This document shows, one piece after another, positions 11,158-20,926 of a stretch of DNA of 64,000 nt. This DNA is from Planctomycetota bacterium (GTDB lineage Bacteria; Planctomycetota; B15-G4; JADJEK01). The DNA lies in contig JBPOIU010000031.1 in the NCBI GenBank assembly GCA_052034255.1, positions 20,355 to 84,354 on the forward strand. The letters run 5' to 3'. Both the position numbers and the translations under genes were made by a program. The notes under the pieces were generated by a model. It was not told the origin of the DNA. It did not search any database and saw nothing but the letters and a program-made list of their open reading frames with translations. Positions within the stretch are counted from its first letter, which is position 1, and each line of letters opens with the position of its first letter.

Positions 11158-11906
11158 GGACGCTCCGTGCCATCGGCGCGCAGCGGGATGATCGCGCGGG
11201 CATCGCCGGCGACGAGCCCGCGGAGGTCGACCACCGCCGCGTAACCGCGCGTGGCGCATTCGCGGGCGACGTCGGGCTTGGCGCGCAGCAAGGCGCGGAA
11301 CGTCGTCGCGTCGAACCGCGCGTTCGGGTCGGTCGGTGTGTAGATCCGCAGCGGGAATGCCACGTACCCGAATACGTGCAGGTGATCGGGGTCCGCGAAG
11401 TCGATCACCAGGACGCGGGCATCGGAAGGAACCGTGGCTGCGACGACCGCGGCGGCGCTCGTGGCCGCCGGATAGAGCTCCGCGAAGCGCTCGATGCGCG
11501 TGGCTCGCGGCAAACCCCGGCGCATGGCGGCGTGGACGACGTCGGTCTGTTCGATCGCAATCAGGCCGCTCGCCGCGAGGCCGCCCGCGAGCAGCACGCT
11601 GCCGAGCGGATGGGCGCGGGTCGCTTCGCGCGAGCCCGCGGCCGCCAGTCCCAAGGCCGCGAGCCCCAATGCCAGACCGAGGGTGCGGAGTCGGTCCGGC
11701 AGCCGTTCGAACTCGCGCTCGAGTCGGCCGGCGTTGTACTCCCGCGGACCGTCGGCATGGGCGGAACAGGTGGCGAGCGGCACGTCGACCAGCCAGCGCC
11801 GGGCGACCGCGGACGTCCCCAACGCCGGCGCCGCGAACGCGAGCCCGATGGCCAGCACGCCGACGGCGAGCGCCACTCCGCGGAAGTTCCACCGTTCCGT
11901 GCGCAT
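11154..11906 (-). CDS. Hypothetical membrane protein
   Basis: Several hydrophobic segments; translationally coupled to the downstream membrane gene. Confidence 0.6.
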   Translation of the reverse strand: MRTERWNFRGVALAVGVLAIGLAFAAPALGTSAVARRWLVDVPLATCSAHADGPREYNAGRLEREFERLPDRLRTLGLALGLAALGLAAAGSREATRAHPLGSVLLAGGLAASGLIAIEQTDVVHAAMRRGLPRATRIERFAELYPAATSAAAVVAATVPSDARVLVIDFADPDHLHVFGYVAFPLRIYTPTDPNARFDATTFRALLRAKPDVARECATRGYAAVVDLRGLVAGDARAIIPLRADGTERP

Positions 11907-12042
11907 GCGGTCAACAAACCCGGCACGAGCGCCCGTGGCAAGCATCCGGCGCTGTTTCCGATCGTCGGCCCCCGGGAGGGGTGCCCTGGAGGAGCATGCC
12001 TCCGAGCGCCCCGAAACGCCTTCCTGGCCGGTTCTTGGCCAG

Positions 12043-12051
12043 TGGTATCAT
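12043..12051 (+). promoter_or_regulatory. Extended -10 promoter element (TGgTATCAT), probably for a leaderless TPR gene
   Basis: TGnTAnnnT lies 7 nt before the in-frame GTG at 12059. The same 13-mer tatcatccggccc recurs at 26285. Confidence 0.55.
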
Positions 12052-12058
12052 CCGGCCC

Positions 12059-13291
12059 GTGTTCTGGGTTCGACGCGGTCTCGGCCTACCGCGGCTCGGT
12101 GCTCTCCTCATTTCGTGCGTTGCCGCATGTTCGCGTGCGGACGACGCCGCGACTTCGTCGACCGCGGACGTCGACGACTCCCGATTGCGCGAAGCGCCCG
12201 CGTTCCAGCGCGTGAAGTCGAAGGTCGAGAGTCTCGAGCGCCGCATCGCGACTCTGGAGCGCGACGCCGACGCCCGCGTCGACTTGGCGAAGGCCTACCT
12301 GCAAGGCGGGATGCGCGCGCGCGCCGAGGGACATTTGCGCGATGCGCTCGCGCTCGATCCCGACCAAATCGAAGCCCGCATCATCCTGGTCGATCTCGCG
12401 CTCGCGTCCGGGGACGTCGCCGCTGCACGCACTTGGATCGACGCCGGCCTGGCGCGGAAAGAGAGTGTCGCGCTGCTCGTGGCCGACGCCAAGGCCCGCG
12501 TGCTCGCCGATCCGGTGGGGGGACGCGCCGAGGCTCTGCGCGTGCTCCTGCGTGCGTTGGAGATGAAGCCCGATCATCTCGATGCGAACTACGAGGCGGC
12601 CACGTTGCTGCTCGAGAACGGCGACGCCGAAGCCGCGGCGACGCGACTCGAACGCGTCGTCCAAAGCTCCCCGAACCACCTGGGCGCGCAGTTCAAGCTC
12701 GCGCGTGCGTATCGCGCACTTGGTCGACTGGACGACGCCACGCGCGTCACGGCGACGCATCGGCGCCTCGGTCGACTGGACGACCTGGGCATGCTGAGTC
12801 AGGCCGACACACCGGAAGCGTCGCTCGCGTTGGCGGACGTGCTGGAGAAGGGCGGGGATCGGTCCGGTGCGCGGGCCGAGCTCGCACAGGCGCTGGAACG
12901 GTTCCCCGAGCACCCGCACCTGAACACGCGGCTCGCGACCGCATGTGCCTCCGACGGGGATCCGACGGCAGCCCAAGCAGCATTCGAGTCCGCGCTGCGG
13001 CGACTCCCCGACGACGTGGGCGTGTTGACGGAGTACGCGCGCTTCCTCGCGACGGGTCCCGCGGTGACGCGGGATGCTCCGCGGGCGGTGGCGATCGCGC
13101 GTGCCGCGGTCGATCGCACCTCCGGCACGGATGCGGGCACGATCGAAGTGCTGGCGGACGCCTATCTCGCGAATGGCGACACGGCGCGCGCCGTCGCCGC
13201 ATTGCGTGAGGCGGAGCGGCTCGCTCCGAAGAAGGTCGCGCTGGCACGGAAGCGGGAGCGGCTCGAGCGCGATGCCGGAGGTCCACCATGA
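12059..13291 (+). CDS. Tetratricopeptide-repeat (lipo)protein
   Basis: Signal/lipobox-like LLISCVAAC, then repeated TPR helices (ARVDLAKAY, ANYEAATLL, AQFKLARAY). ATGA overlap with the next gene. Confidence 0.75.
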   Translation: MFWVRRGLGLPRLGALLISCVAACSRADDAATSSTADVDDSRLREAPAFQRVKSKVESLERRIATLERDADARVDLAKAYLQGGMRARAEGHLRDALALDPDQIEARIILVDLALASGDVAAARTWIDAGLARKESVALLVADAKARVLADPVGGRAEALRVLLRALEMKPDHLDANYEAATLLLENGDAEAAATRLERVVQSSPNHLGAQFKLARAYRALGRLDDATRVTATHRRLGRLDDLGMLSQADTPEASLALADVLEKGGDRSGARAELAQALERFPEHPHLNTRLATACASDGDPTAAQAAFESALRRLPDDVGVLTEYARFLATGPAVTRDAPRAVAIARAAVDRTSGTDAGTIEVLADAYLANGDTARAVAALREAERLAPKKVALARKRERLERDAGGPP

Positions 13292-14970
13292 GTCCGCTGT
13301 TGCGTGCCTCGGTCGTCGGATGCGCGCTGGGTTTGGCGGGATGCGGAGCGGACTCCGCGCAGCCCGGGCCGTTCTCGTTCGTCGACGTGACGGCGGACAG
13401 TGGGATCGCGTTTCGGCACGCGAACGGAGCGCATGGTCAGCGGCAATTGCCGGAGACGATGGGCGGGTCGGCGGGTTGGTTCGACCTCGAGAACGATGGC
13501 GATTTCGACGTCTTCCTCGGGCAGAGCGGTGAACTCGGGGACGTCCCGCGCGGCGACCAAGGCCGCTCCGCCGTGTTCGTGAACGACGGCGGGACGTTCC
13601 GCGACGAGACCGCTCGTGTCCTTCCGCGCGCCGATCTCGGCTACGGGCAAGGCGTCGCGGTCGGCGACGTGAACGGCGACGGCGACGAGGACCTCTACGT
13701 CACGAACTACGGGCCGAACGTGCTGCTCGCGAATCGATCAGGGACGTTGGTCGACGTGACGTCCACCAGCGGTTGCGGCGATCCGTCGTGGTCCGCGTCC
13801 GCGGTGTTCTTCGACAAGGAAGGTGACGGCGACCTCGATCTCTACGTCACGAACTACGTCGAGTACGACCTCGCGGCCGCATTGGCGATGTCCCCGCGTG
13901 GTGAGGGCTTCGTGGCCTATCCGCATCCGGATCGCTTCCGCGCCGCGCCCGACGTGCTGTACGAGAACGATGGCGCCGGCAACCTGCGCGACGTCACGCA
14001 TGCAGCGGGCATTCATGACGTCGATGGCAAGGGGCTCGGCGTCGTGGCGGCGGACCTCGATCTCGATGGCGATCAGGACCTCTACGTCGCGAACGACTCG
14101 ACGCCGAATTTCTTGTTCCGCAACGAGGGCAACGGCACGTTTCGCGACGTCTCGGGTGACTCGAATGCCGCGTACGACGTCAACGGCCGCACACAAGCCG
14201 GCATGGGAGTCACGGTCGGCGACGCGGACGGTGACGGCCGCTTCGACCTGTTCGTGACCAACCTCGACCAGGAAACGAACACGCTGTACCGCCAGCTCGA
14301 TGCGCTCGTGTTCGAGGACGCGACGCTCCCGCGCGGGCTCGGTGTGGTGTCGCTGCCGTACGTCGGATTCGGCACCACGTTCGTCGATCTCGATCTGGAC
14401 GCGGACGAGGATCTGTTCGTCGCGAACGGTCACATCATCGACAACGTCGAGACGATCCAACCCGGCACGCCGACGACGTTCCGCCAACGTTGCCTGGTGT
14501 TCGAGAACGATGGCCGTGGCGTATTCACCGAACTCGGCCCCCGCGCGGCGCCCGCGCTCGCCGAACCCCGCGTCGCGCGGGCACTGGCGCTGGCCGACGT
14601 CGATGGGGACCTCGATCTCGACGCATTGATCGCGCAGAACGCGGGTCCCGCCGTCTTGCTGCGCAACGACTGCGCGCGCGTGCACCGTCCGCTGCGGGTC
14701 CACGCGGTCGACGCACACGGCGCGCCCGCGCGCGGCGCGGTGGTGGAGGTCGACGTCGACGGCATCGTCCAGCGGCGGATCGTCGGGCATCCGGGCTCGT
14801 ATTGCGCCGCGAACGATCCACGCGCGTTCTTCGCGGTTCCCCACGACCCGCGCAGCGTCGTGATCCGTTGGACGAACGGTCGGCGCACCGAGCTGACGGA
14901 CGTCGCCGCCGGAACCGCGATTCGCGTCCAGCACGATGGGCACTGCGTCGTCGAGCTCCCGGCGCGCTGA
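13288..14970 (+). CDS. CRTAC1-family FG-GAP repeat protein with ASPIC/UnbV-like C-terminus
   Basis: Repeated D-x-D-x-D-G-D-x-D-L-Y-V-x-N motifs; FVDVTADSGI, LPETMGG, ARALALADVDGDLDLD. Confidence 0.88.
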   Translation: MSPLLRASVVGCALGLAGCGADSAQPGPFSFVDVTADSGIAFRHANGAHGQRQLPETMGGSAGWFDLENDGDFDVFLGQSGELGDVPRGDQGRSAVFVNDGGTFRDETARVLPRADLGYGQGVAVGDVNGDGDEDLYVTNYGPNVLLANRSGTLVDVTSTSGCGDPSWSASAVFFDKEGDGDLDLYVTNYVEYDLAAALAMSPRGEGFVAYPHPDRFRAAPDVLYENDGAGNLRDVTHAAGIHDVDGKGLGVVAADLDLDGDQDLYVANDSTPNFLFRNEGNGTFRDVSGDSNAAYDVNGRTQAGMGVTVGDADGDGRFDLFVTNLDQETNTLYRQLDALVFEDATLPRGLGVVSLPYVGFGTTFVDLDLDADEDLFVANGHIIDNVETIQPGTPTTFRQRCLVFENDGRGVFTELGPRAAPALAEPRVARALALADVDGDLDLDALIAQNAGPAVLLRNDCARVHRPLRVHAVDAHGAPARGAVVEVDVDGIVQRRIVGHPGSYCAANDPRAFFAVPHDPRSVVIRWTNGRRTELTDVAAGTAIRVQHDGHCVVELPAR

Positions 14971-14995
14971 ACCCTCGGGGCCCCCGCACCAAGAC

Positions 14996-15037
14996 ACGAC
15001 GAGGACTCCGCCGTTCCCGTCGGAGCCCTCGTCGTGC
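14996..15037. terminator. Hairpin between convergent genes
   Basis: cacgacgagg (14996-15005) / cctcgtcgtg (15028-15037) plus inner ctccg/cggag; no clear U-tract. Confidence 0.45.
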
Positions 15038-15067
15038 GCGCGCCGTCGGCGGCGAGTCGACCACGCA

Positions 15068-15946
15068 TCAGGTCAGCAGCTTGCCCCGCACCTTGTCGAG
15101 CTGGACCTTCAGCTTGTTCATGACGTTCGAGTGGATCTGGCAGACGCGCGACTCGGTGAGGTTCAGGATCTCGCCGATCTCTCGCATGGTCAGACCTTCG
15201 TAGTAGTACATGATCACGATCAGCTTCTCCTTGCGGGAGAGCGAGCGCGTGATCGCGTGCATCACGTCCTTCTGGTTCAAGGCGTCGAGCGGATTCGCGC
15301 CCTGCTTGTCCTCGAGCACCTCGATCTTGCTCAACGAGTCGTCGTCGTCGCGCTCGTCCCATTTCTCGGACAGCGAGAAGATCGTGCGGGCCGACGAGGC
15401 CTCTTTGAGGTCGGAGTAGTCGTGGATGGAGATGCCGAGCTTCTTCGCCATCTCGTAGGCGGTCGGCGCGCGACCGAGTTCCATCTCGAGCTGCTGTTCG
15501 GCGCGCGAGATCTGACCGGCCTTGATGCGCACGAGGCGCGGCACCCAGTCCTGCGAGCGCAGCTCGTCGAGGATCGAACCGCGGATGCGGGTCGTGCAGT
15601 AGGTCTTGAACTTGATGCCGCGTTCGAGGTCGAAGCCATCGATCGCGTCCATGAGGCCGAAGACGCCGGCGCTCTGGAGGTCTTCGAGCTCGATGCTCTT
15701 CGGCAGACTCACGAGCAGGCGCTCGGAGATGTAGCGGACGAGCGGCATGTAGCGCTCGATCAGCTGATTGCGGAGCTCCGGCGAGCCCTGCGCCTTGTAT
15801 TGGCGCCAGACGTCGTCGATCTCGCTGTTGTTCGCGGGGGTCTCGCCGTTTTCTTTCACCGGCGTCTCGGTGCGCGTTTGCGCCGGCCGATGGCGAGTGA
15901 GGAACGAGGGGGCGTTGATCTTGGCGCGGGTCGACTCGCGGCTCAT
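15068..15946 (-). CDS. fliA: FliA/WhiG-family (sigma-28) RNA polymerase sigma factor
   Basis: RNQLIERYMPLV, GIKFKTYCTTRIRGSILDELRSQDWVPR, YYYEGLTMREIGEILNLTESRVCQIH. AAGGAG RBS. Confidence 0.93.
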   Translation of the reverse strand: MSRESTRAKINAPSFLTRHRPAQTRTETPVKENGETPANNSEIDDVWRQYKAQGSPELRNQLIERYMPLVRYISERLLVSLPKSIELEDLQSAGVFGLMDAIDGFDLERGIKFKTYCTTRIRGSILDELRSQDWVPRLVRIKAGQISRAEQQLEMELGRAPTAYEMAKKLGISIHDYSDLKEASSARTIFSLSEKWDERDDDDSLSKIEVLEDKQGANPLDALNQKDVMHAITRSLSRKEKLIVIMYYYEGLTMREIGEILNLTESRVCQIHSNVMNKLKVQLDKVRGKLLT

Positions 15947-15995
15947 CGGATCTCCTTTTCGACTCGTCGTGCGGCGTCTCCTCGTCGCGCTCGAG

Positions 15996-16082
15996 TCGGC
16001 AACTGGCTGCCATCCCGCTCCATCGATGAGCGGCTTAGGCCCTGAAGCTTTGCGTCCCTCCCTTTCGGGAGGTTTGCCCTTG
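15996..16082 (-). ncRNA. Cyclic di-GMP-I (GEMM-I) riboswitch in the fliA 5' leader
   Basis: Minus strand reads AAGGGCAAACC-UCCC-GAAA-GGGA-GGGACGCAAAGC-UUCAGGGCCUAAG-CCGCUC...GAGCGG-GAUGGCAGCCAGUUGCCGA. This shows a GNRA-capped P2, the GACGCAAAG junction, the CUAA...AUG receptor and the UUGCCGA end. Confidence 0.93.
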
Positions 16083-16126
16083 GACGGTGGCCGTCACACG
16101 GCGCAGCGGCGTTCGTCCAGGCGCAG

Positions 16127-16153
16127 AGTGTACCGGCGGTAGTCTCGGGTCAA
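16127..16153 (-). promoter_or_regulatory. Sigma70-like promoter for the riboswitch-fliA transcript (TTGACC-N15-TACACT)
   Basis: Good -35 and -10 hexamers about 45 nt upstream of the aptamer; the spacer is shorter than canonical. Confidence 0.5.
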
Positions 16154-16362
16154 GCTGGAAAATGTCAGCTTATACACTTTATTCGGACATGACCGTTTGG
16201 GCTTGAGGAGAAGCTGTGAAAAGCCGGGCTGCATCGGTGGAGAAGGCGTGAATGGCCGGTGGGCGGGAAGTTTGGCCGCGTGGAACGAGGGGCCTGCAAC
16301 GCGCGCGGGGCGCCCGGCGATGCCGGACGCCCCGCGCTTTGGTCGATTGGAGGAGCCGTCGC

Positions 16363-16887
16363 TCAGGGAGTCGGGACGGGCTTCAACGTGCGTCCGCGCG
16401 ACAACTTGAGGAAGTCGGCCGCGAACTCGACGAACTGTTCTTCGACGAAGCGGCTGAACCCGGAGAGATCGGCGGTGCCGTAGTCGACCGAGTAGGTGGA
16501 CGAATCGCGGTCGCCGTTGATCACCGTCTTCTTGACGTGCACCTGGATCGCGCCGGCGTCGGGCTGGATCTCGAGCAGGAACGTCAAGCGCGAGAAGAAC
16601 TTGCCGAGATGGCCTTGAGCGTCGAACAGCACTTCGTCGCAGTGCAGTTCGATGCGGTACTTGCCCTCGAAGAACGACTTGGTCCGGACGAAGCCGACGA
16701 CCTCGCCGCTGAACTTCTGGGCGTACTCGTCGATCACGTGCTCGAGCTGCTCGCGCCGTTCGAGGCGGAGTTCGACCGCGGACGCTCGGGCGAGTTCGCG
16801 CTCGGCCTCGGCCGCGCGGGCCTGGCGCTGAGCTTGATCTTGCTCTTCGCGAATCTGGCGCAGGCGATCCTGGAAATCCGTGACCAT
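16363..16887 (-). CDS. Hypothetical protein, N-terminal coiled coil plus alpha/beta domain
   Basis: GGAG RBS before ATG 16887; typical codon pattern; charged helical N-terminus (LRQIREEQDQAQRQ). Confidence 0.75.
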   Translation of the reverse strand: MVTDFQDRLRQIREEQDQAQRQARAAEAERELARASAVELRLERREQLEHVIDEYAQKFSGEVVGFVRTKSFFEGKYRIELHCDEVLFDAQGHLGKFFSRLTFLLEIQPDAGAIQVHVKKTVINGDRDSSTYSVDYGTADLSGFSRFVEEQFVEFAADFLKLSRGRTLKPVPTP

Positions 16888-17068
16888 GGACGCTCCACCT
16901 TCTGGCGATCGACTCCGAGGCGCTCGGAGCGAGTCGCGGTTCACTCTAGCCCACGATTTCCGCGGAAGAAAACGGGCGTTTCAAAAAGGGTTCCGTCGCC
17001 GTTCCACGCGTTCGTGTGCCGCTCGCCGCTTGCACCCTACAGGGCGATTCGACCGCGCGCCGCGCGCT

Positions 17069-17887
17069 TCAAGGATCGTCACCCGACTTCGAAGGAGTCT
17101 TGTCGTCCTTGATCTTGCGGACTGACGACGATTGGCGCACGAGTTCGAGGCGCTCCACGCGCGCGCGCGCGAGCTTCGCCGAGCCGCTCGTGCCTTGGAA
17201 ACGCGCCATGGCGTCGTCGATCGTCGTCAGCGCGGCGGTCGGATCGGAAGCCGCCAACGCCGCCGCTTGATCGACGACTTGATCGGCGGCGCGCTCCGAA
17301 GCCGACTGCAGTTCCGTCAACAGTAGTTCGATGTCGGAGCGATCGTCCGGCGATCGCTCACGCTCGATGCCCTGCAAGTAATCGAGGGCGGCCGTGAACT
17401 CGCCGCGCCCGACGATCTCGCGCGCGATCGCCGCCTGGCGTCCACGTGCTTCTTGCCAACGCGCCTGGCACGTCACGCGGACTTCGTCCTGGAGTTCCCG
17501 GAACTCGCGTTCGAACGGGCCTCCGACGAAGCGTGCGGCCTGTTCCGCGGCGATCGCGTCGAGCGCCGCGAGCGAGTGCGATCCCACGCGCTCCGACAGG
17601 GACTCGAGCAACTTCCTGCCATGGTCCCGTGCGGCCAGCGCCGCCTCGCAGCGCGCCTGCCCGAGTTCCGCGCGCGCCCGCGTCTCGCGCGTCGGAGCGT
17701 CGTCCGAGAGCGCGCGCCAATCGCGCGCCGCCGACTCGATCGCGCCCGAGCGCTCCGCGTGCTCGATCGCATCGGCCGCTTTGGTGAACGAGCGCTCGGC
17801 CTCGGAGCCCTCGGAACAGCCGAGGACGAGGCCGAGCGTCAAGCAAGCAACGCAGCGCGAAGCGACTCGAAGCGCGAACACGTTCAA
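17069..17887 (-). CDS. Hypothetical all-helical lipoprotein
   Basis: Lipobox-like LGLVLGC; TTG start overlaps the apt stop; TPR-like helices. Confidence 0.65.
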   Translation of the reverse strand: MNVFALRVASRCVACLTLGLVLGCSEGSEAERSFTKAADAIEHAERSGAIESAARDWRALSDDAPTRETRARAELGQARCEAALAARDHGRKLLESLSERVGSHSLAALDAIAAEQAARFVGGPFEREFRELQDEVRVTCQARWQEARGRQAAIAREIVGRGEFTAALDYLQGIERERSPDDRSDIELLLTELQSASERAADQVVDQAAALAASDPTAALTTIDDAMARFQGTSGSAKLARARVERLELVRQSSSVRKIKDDKTPSKSGDDP

Positions 17888-18399
17888 TACTGCAGCAGGG
17901 AGTGCACGTCGAGGCCGCGGAGCTTCTCGCGTCCGTTCAACAGCTTCAATTCGATCACGACCAGGCCGGCGAGCGGTTCGCCGCCGACCGCGCGCACGAG
18001 CTTCGCCGCGGCGGCCATCGTGCCGCCGGTCGCGAGCAGGTCGTCGACGATCGCGACGCGCTCACCGGGCGCGACGGCATCGCGGTGCATTTCGATCGCG
18101 TCGGTGCCGTACTCGAGCGAGTACGACTCACGGACCGTCTGGTAGGGGAGCTTGCCCGGCTTGCGGACCGGGACGAAGCCGAGGCCCATCTGGTGCGCGA
18201 GCGCGGTCCCGAAGATGAAGCCGCGCGACTCGATGCCGACGATCTTCGTGACGTTCTTGCCGGCGAGCAGATCCGCGAGCTTGCGGACCGTGAGGCGCAA
18301 GCCCTCGCCACTGCCGAGCAGCGGGGTCACGTCCTTGAACAGGATCCCCTTCTTGGGGAAGTCGGGGATGTCGCGGATCAGCTTCTTCAGTTCGTCCAT
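17884..18399 (-). CDS. apt: Adenine phosphoribosyltransferase
   Basis: IRDIPDFPKKGILFKD, GIESRGF, RKPGKLP, YSLEYG, IVDDLLATGGT. Confidence 0.97.
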   Translation of the reverse strand: MDELKKLIRDIPDFPKKGILFKDVTPLLGSGEGLRLTVRKLADLLAGKNVTKIVGIESRGFIFGTALAHQMGLGFVPVRKPGKLPYQTVRESYSLEYGTDAIEMHRDAVAPGERVAIVDDLLATGGTMAAAAKLVRAVGGEPLAGLVVIELKLLNGREKLRGLDVHSLLQY

Positions 18400-18403
18400 G
18401 ACT

Positions 18404-20119
18404 TCACATCTCCTCCAAGGCTTCGAGTCCGAGGACCGCGAGGCCATTCTTCAGCACGATCTGCGCGGCGCGCACCAGCGCGAGCCGAGCCTCGGACGTG
18501 GCAGGTTCTTCGCCGAGGATTCGGCATTCGATGTAGAAGCGGTTGAGGATCGCGCCCAGTTCGAGCAAATAGTCCGCGACGAACGACGGTTCGCAGGCGT
18601 CCGCCGCTCGGGTCAGAACGCCGCGGAAGTCCGACATCTTGCGGACCATTTCGCGTTCGACGTCGGTCCCTAGGCGCGCGAAGTCGGCACGCGCGAGCTC
18701 TGCGTCCGATTTCGCGCCGGCCTTGCGCAGGACGCTCGCGATGCGGGCGTAGCAGTACTGCACGTACGGACCGGTTTCGCCTTCGAACGCGAGCACCTCG
18801 TTCCAATCGAACACGATGTCGCGCACGCGGCGGTTCTTGAGGTCGTTGAACACGACGGCCCCGACGCCGATCGCTTTCGCGACGGCCGCGTCTTGCGCGA
18901 GGGCGGGGTTCTTCTCGGCGACGATCGCTTGGGCCCGCGCGACGGCTTGGGTCAGCACGTCCTCGAGCAGGAGGATGTCGCCGCTGCGGGTCGACATCTT
19001 GCGGTCCTTGAACCGCATCATGCCGAACGGCACGTGGACGACGCCGCTCGCGAACTCGCGGCCGAGCAGCTGCAGCACGCGGACCAGTTGCTGGAAGTGC
19101 AGCGATTGTGCGCCGCCGACCACGTACAGCGCCTTGGTGAAGCCGTACGTCGCGTGGCGATACATCGCCGCCGCGAGGTCACGCGTGACGTAGAGGCTCG
19201 AGTCGTCGGCCTTCTGGATCAAGCAGATGCCGAGTCCGTCGGCGCTGAGATCGACGATGCGCGCGTCGCGACTCTCCTGGAGCAGGCCCTTCGCGGCGAG
19301 CTCCGCGACCACCGGCGCCATCTTGTCCTCGAAGAACGACTCGCCGGTGAACGCGTCGAACTGGATGCCGAGCAAGTCGTAGATGCGCCGGAACTCCGCT
19401 TCGCTGACGTCGCGGAAACGCTTCCACAGCCGCCGCGCTTCCGGATCGCCGCGCTCGAGTTCCGCGAAGGCGCGGCGTGCGTCGTCGCGCAGACCGGGAT
19501 TCGTCGCGAGCTCCTGGTTGAACGCGACGTAGAGCTCGAGCAGGTACGGGATGCCCTCGGCGTCGAGCCGCGCCTCGTTGCCGTGACGGCGCCACGCCGT
19601 GATCAATTGGCCGAACTGCGTGCCCCAATCGCCGAGGTGATTGATGCCGACCACGCGGTACCCGAGCCGCCGATGGAGCCGCGCGATCGCGGCGCCGATG
19701 ACGGTGGAGCGCAGATGGTGGATGCCGAACGGCTTCGCGATGTTCGGGGACGAGAAGTCGACGACGACCGTCTTGCCCGCGCCGAGGTCGCTGTCGCCGT
19801 AGCGATCGCCCTCGCCGAGGATCGCTTGCAGTGTGGAGCCGACGAATGCGCCACGGTCGAGCGTGAAGTTCACGTACGGGCCGACGGCGCGCACGGACTC
19901 GAAGCCCGCTCCGCGCGCCAAGGGGGCGAGGGAGCCCGCGAGTTCGGTCGCGATCGCGACCGGGCTCTGTCGACGCTCTTTCGCGAGTTGGAAGCACGGC
20001 AGCGCGTAGTCGCCGAGCTTGGCTTCCTTGGGCGTTTCGATCCACGCGAGCGCTTGCGCTTCCGGGCAGGAAAGCGCCTGTGCCACCAGCTTCGCGATCG
20101 TGCTCTTGTGCTCGTCCAT
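18404..20119 (-). CDS. argS: Arginine--tRNA ligase
   Basis: DFSSPNIAKPFGIHHLRST (HIGH-like), NHLGDWGTQFG, KMSTRSG, FEGETGPYVQY. Confidence 0.97.
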   Translation of the reverse strand: MDEHKSTIAKLVAQALSCPEAQALAWIETPKEAKLGDYALPCFQLAKERRQSPVAIATELAGSLAPLARGAGFESVRAVGPYVNFTLDRGAFVGSTLQAILGEGDRYGDSDLGAGKTVVVDFSSPNIAKPFGIHHLRSTVIGAAIARLHRRLGYRVVGINHLGDWGTQFGQLITAWRRHGNEARLDAEGIPYLLELYVAFNQELATNPGLRDDARRAFAELERGDPEARRLWKRFRDVSEAEFRRIYDLLGIQFDAFTGESFFEDKMAPVVAELAAKGLLQESRDARIVDLSADGLGICLIQKADDSSLYVTRDLAAAMYRHATYGFTKALYVVGGAQSLHFQQLVRVLQLLGREFASGVVHVPFGMMRFKDRKMSTRSGDILLLEDVLTQAVARAQAIVAEKNPALAQDAAVAKAIGVGAVVFNDLKNRRVRDIVFDWNEVLAFEGETGPYVQYCYARIASVLRKAGAKSDAELARADFARLGTDVEREMVRKMSDFRGVLTRAADACEPSFVADYLLELGAILNRFYIECRILGEEPATSEARLALVRAAQIVLKNGLAVLGLEALEEM

Positions 20120-20248
20120 CGATGGGTCGGAGTTGGGTCCGTGTCGGCCGCGAATGACCGCGTCGGGAAAACGCGACAGGCTAGCAGCCCGTCGAAGAAA
20201 TCCGACGCCCTGCCCGGCGTTCGGCCCTTCGAATCTTGCGACGTCCCG

Positions 20249-20686
20249 TCAAACGGGGGGCAACCCGAGCGTGCGGCCAACCTGTTCCAGGACGAGCCGC
20301 AGATCGGGGTACGCGAGCAGCCGGTGCGCGTCCTCGTAACCCGCCCAGCACGTGTCGTCGTGTTCGTGGGACTGGACGACGCGGTCGTCACCGACCTCGC
20401 CGAGGAAGAACTCGACCGTCTTCAGCAGGCGGCCCTGGCTACCGCGGACCGGATAGGCGATCTCGGCATGGAACGACGGGTGAAGCCGCACGGTGCGGAT
20501 GCCGGTTTCCTCGAGCGTCTCGCGGTACGCGGTCTCGAGTGCGGTCTCGTTGCGCTCGGCACGCCCCTTCGGGAAGCCCCACGTGTGATGCATCCGGTTG
20601 CGCAATAGCAAGAAACGCACACCCGCCTCGCAGCGGAGGTAGATGACGATGCCGGCGGCGCGCTGGTGGGGAAGGGGCTCGTGCAT
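20249..20686 (-). CDS. NUDIX hydrolase, Ap4A-hydrolase-like
   Basis: WGFPKG, Nudix box ETALETAYRETLEETG, KTVEFFL, SHEH. Confidence 0.85.
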   Translation of the reverse strand: MHEPLPHQRAAGIVIYLRCEAGVRFLLLRNRMHHTWGFPKGRAERNETALETAYRETLEETGIRTVRLHPSFHAEIAYPVRGSQGRLLKTVEFFLGEVGDDRVVQSHEHDDTCWAGYEDAHRLLAYPDLRLVLEQVGRTLGLPPV

Positions 20687-20926
20687 GGACTCGTGGGGGA
20701 AGCGACGTGGATCACGCGGGAGAACGGATTCGATGCGTCCGCCCGAGGCCATTTCCCGGCATCGCGTCGAGTCGACCAGCTCGGCTCGGGTGGTGCCTCG
20801 AGCCCCGCTCGTCCCGTTGCTCCACGCATCATGCGTCGGACGGTCGTCGGACGGTTTCGCGGGACCGTTATCGCATGGAAGGGTGCGCGGATACAGGCTC
20901 GCGCCGACGAAATCGGCGGTGCCGTG

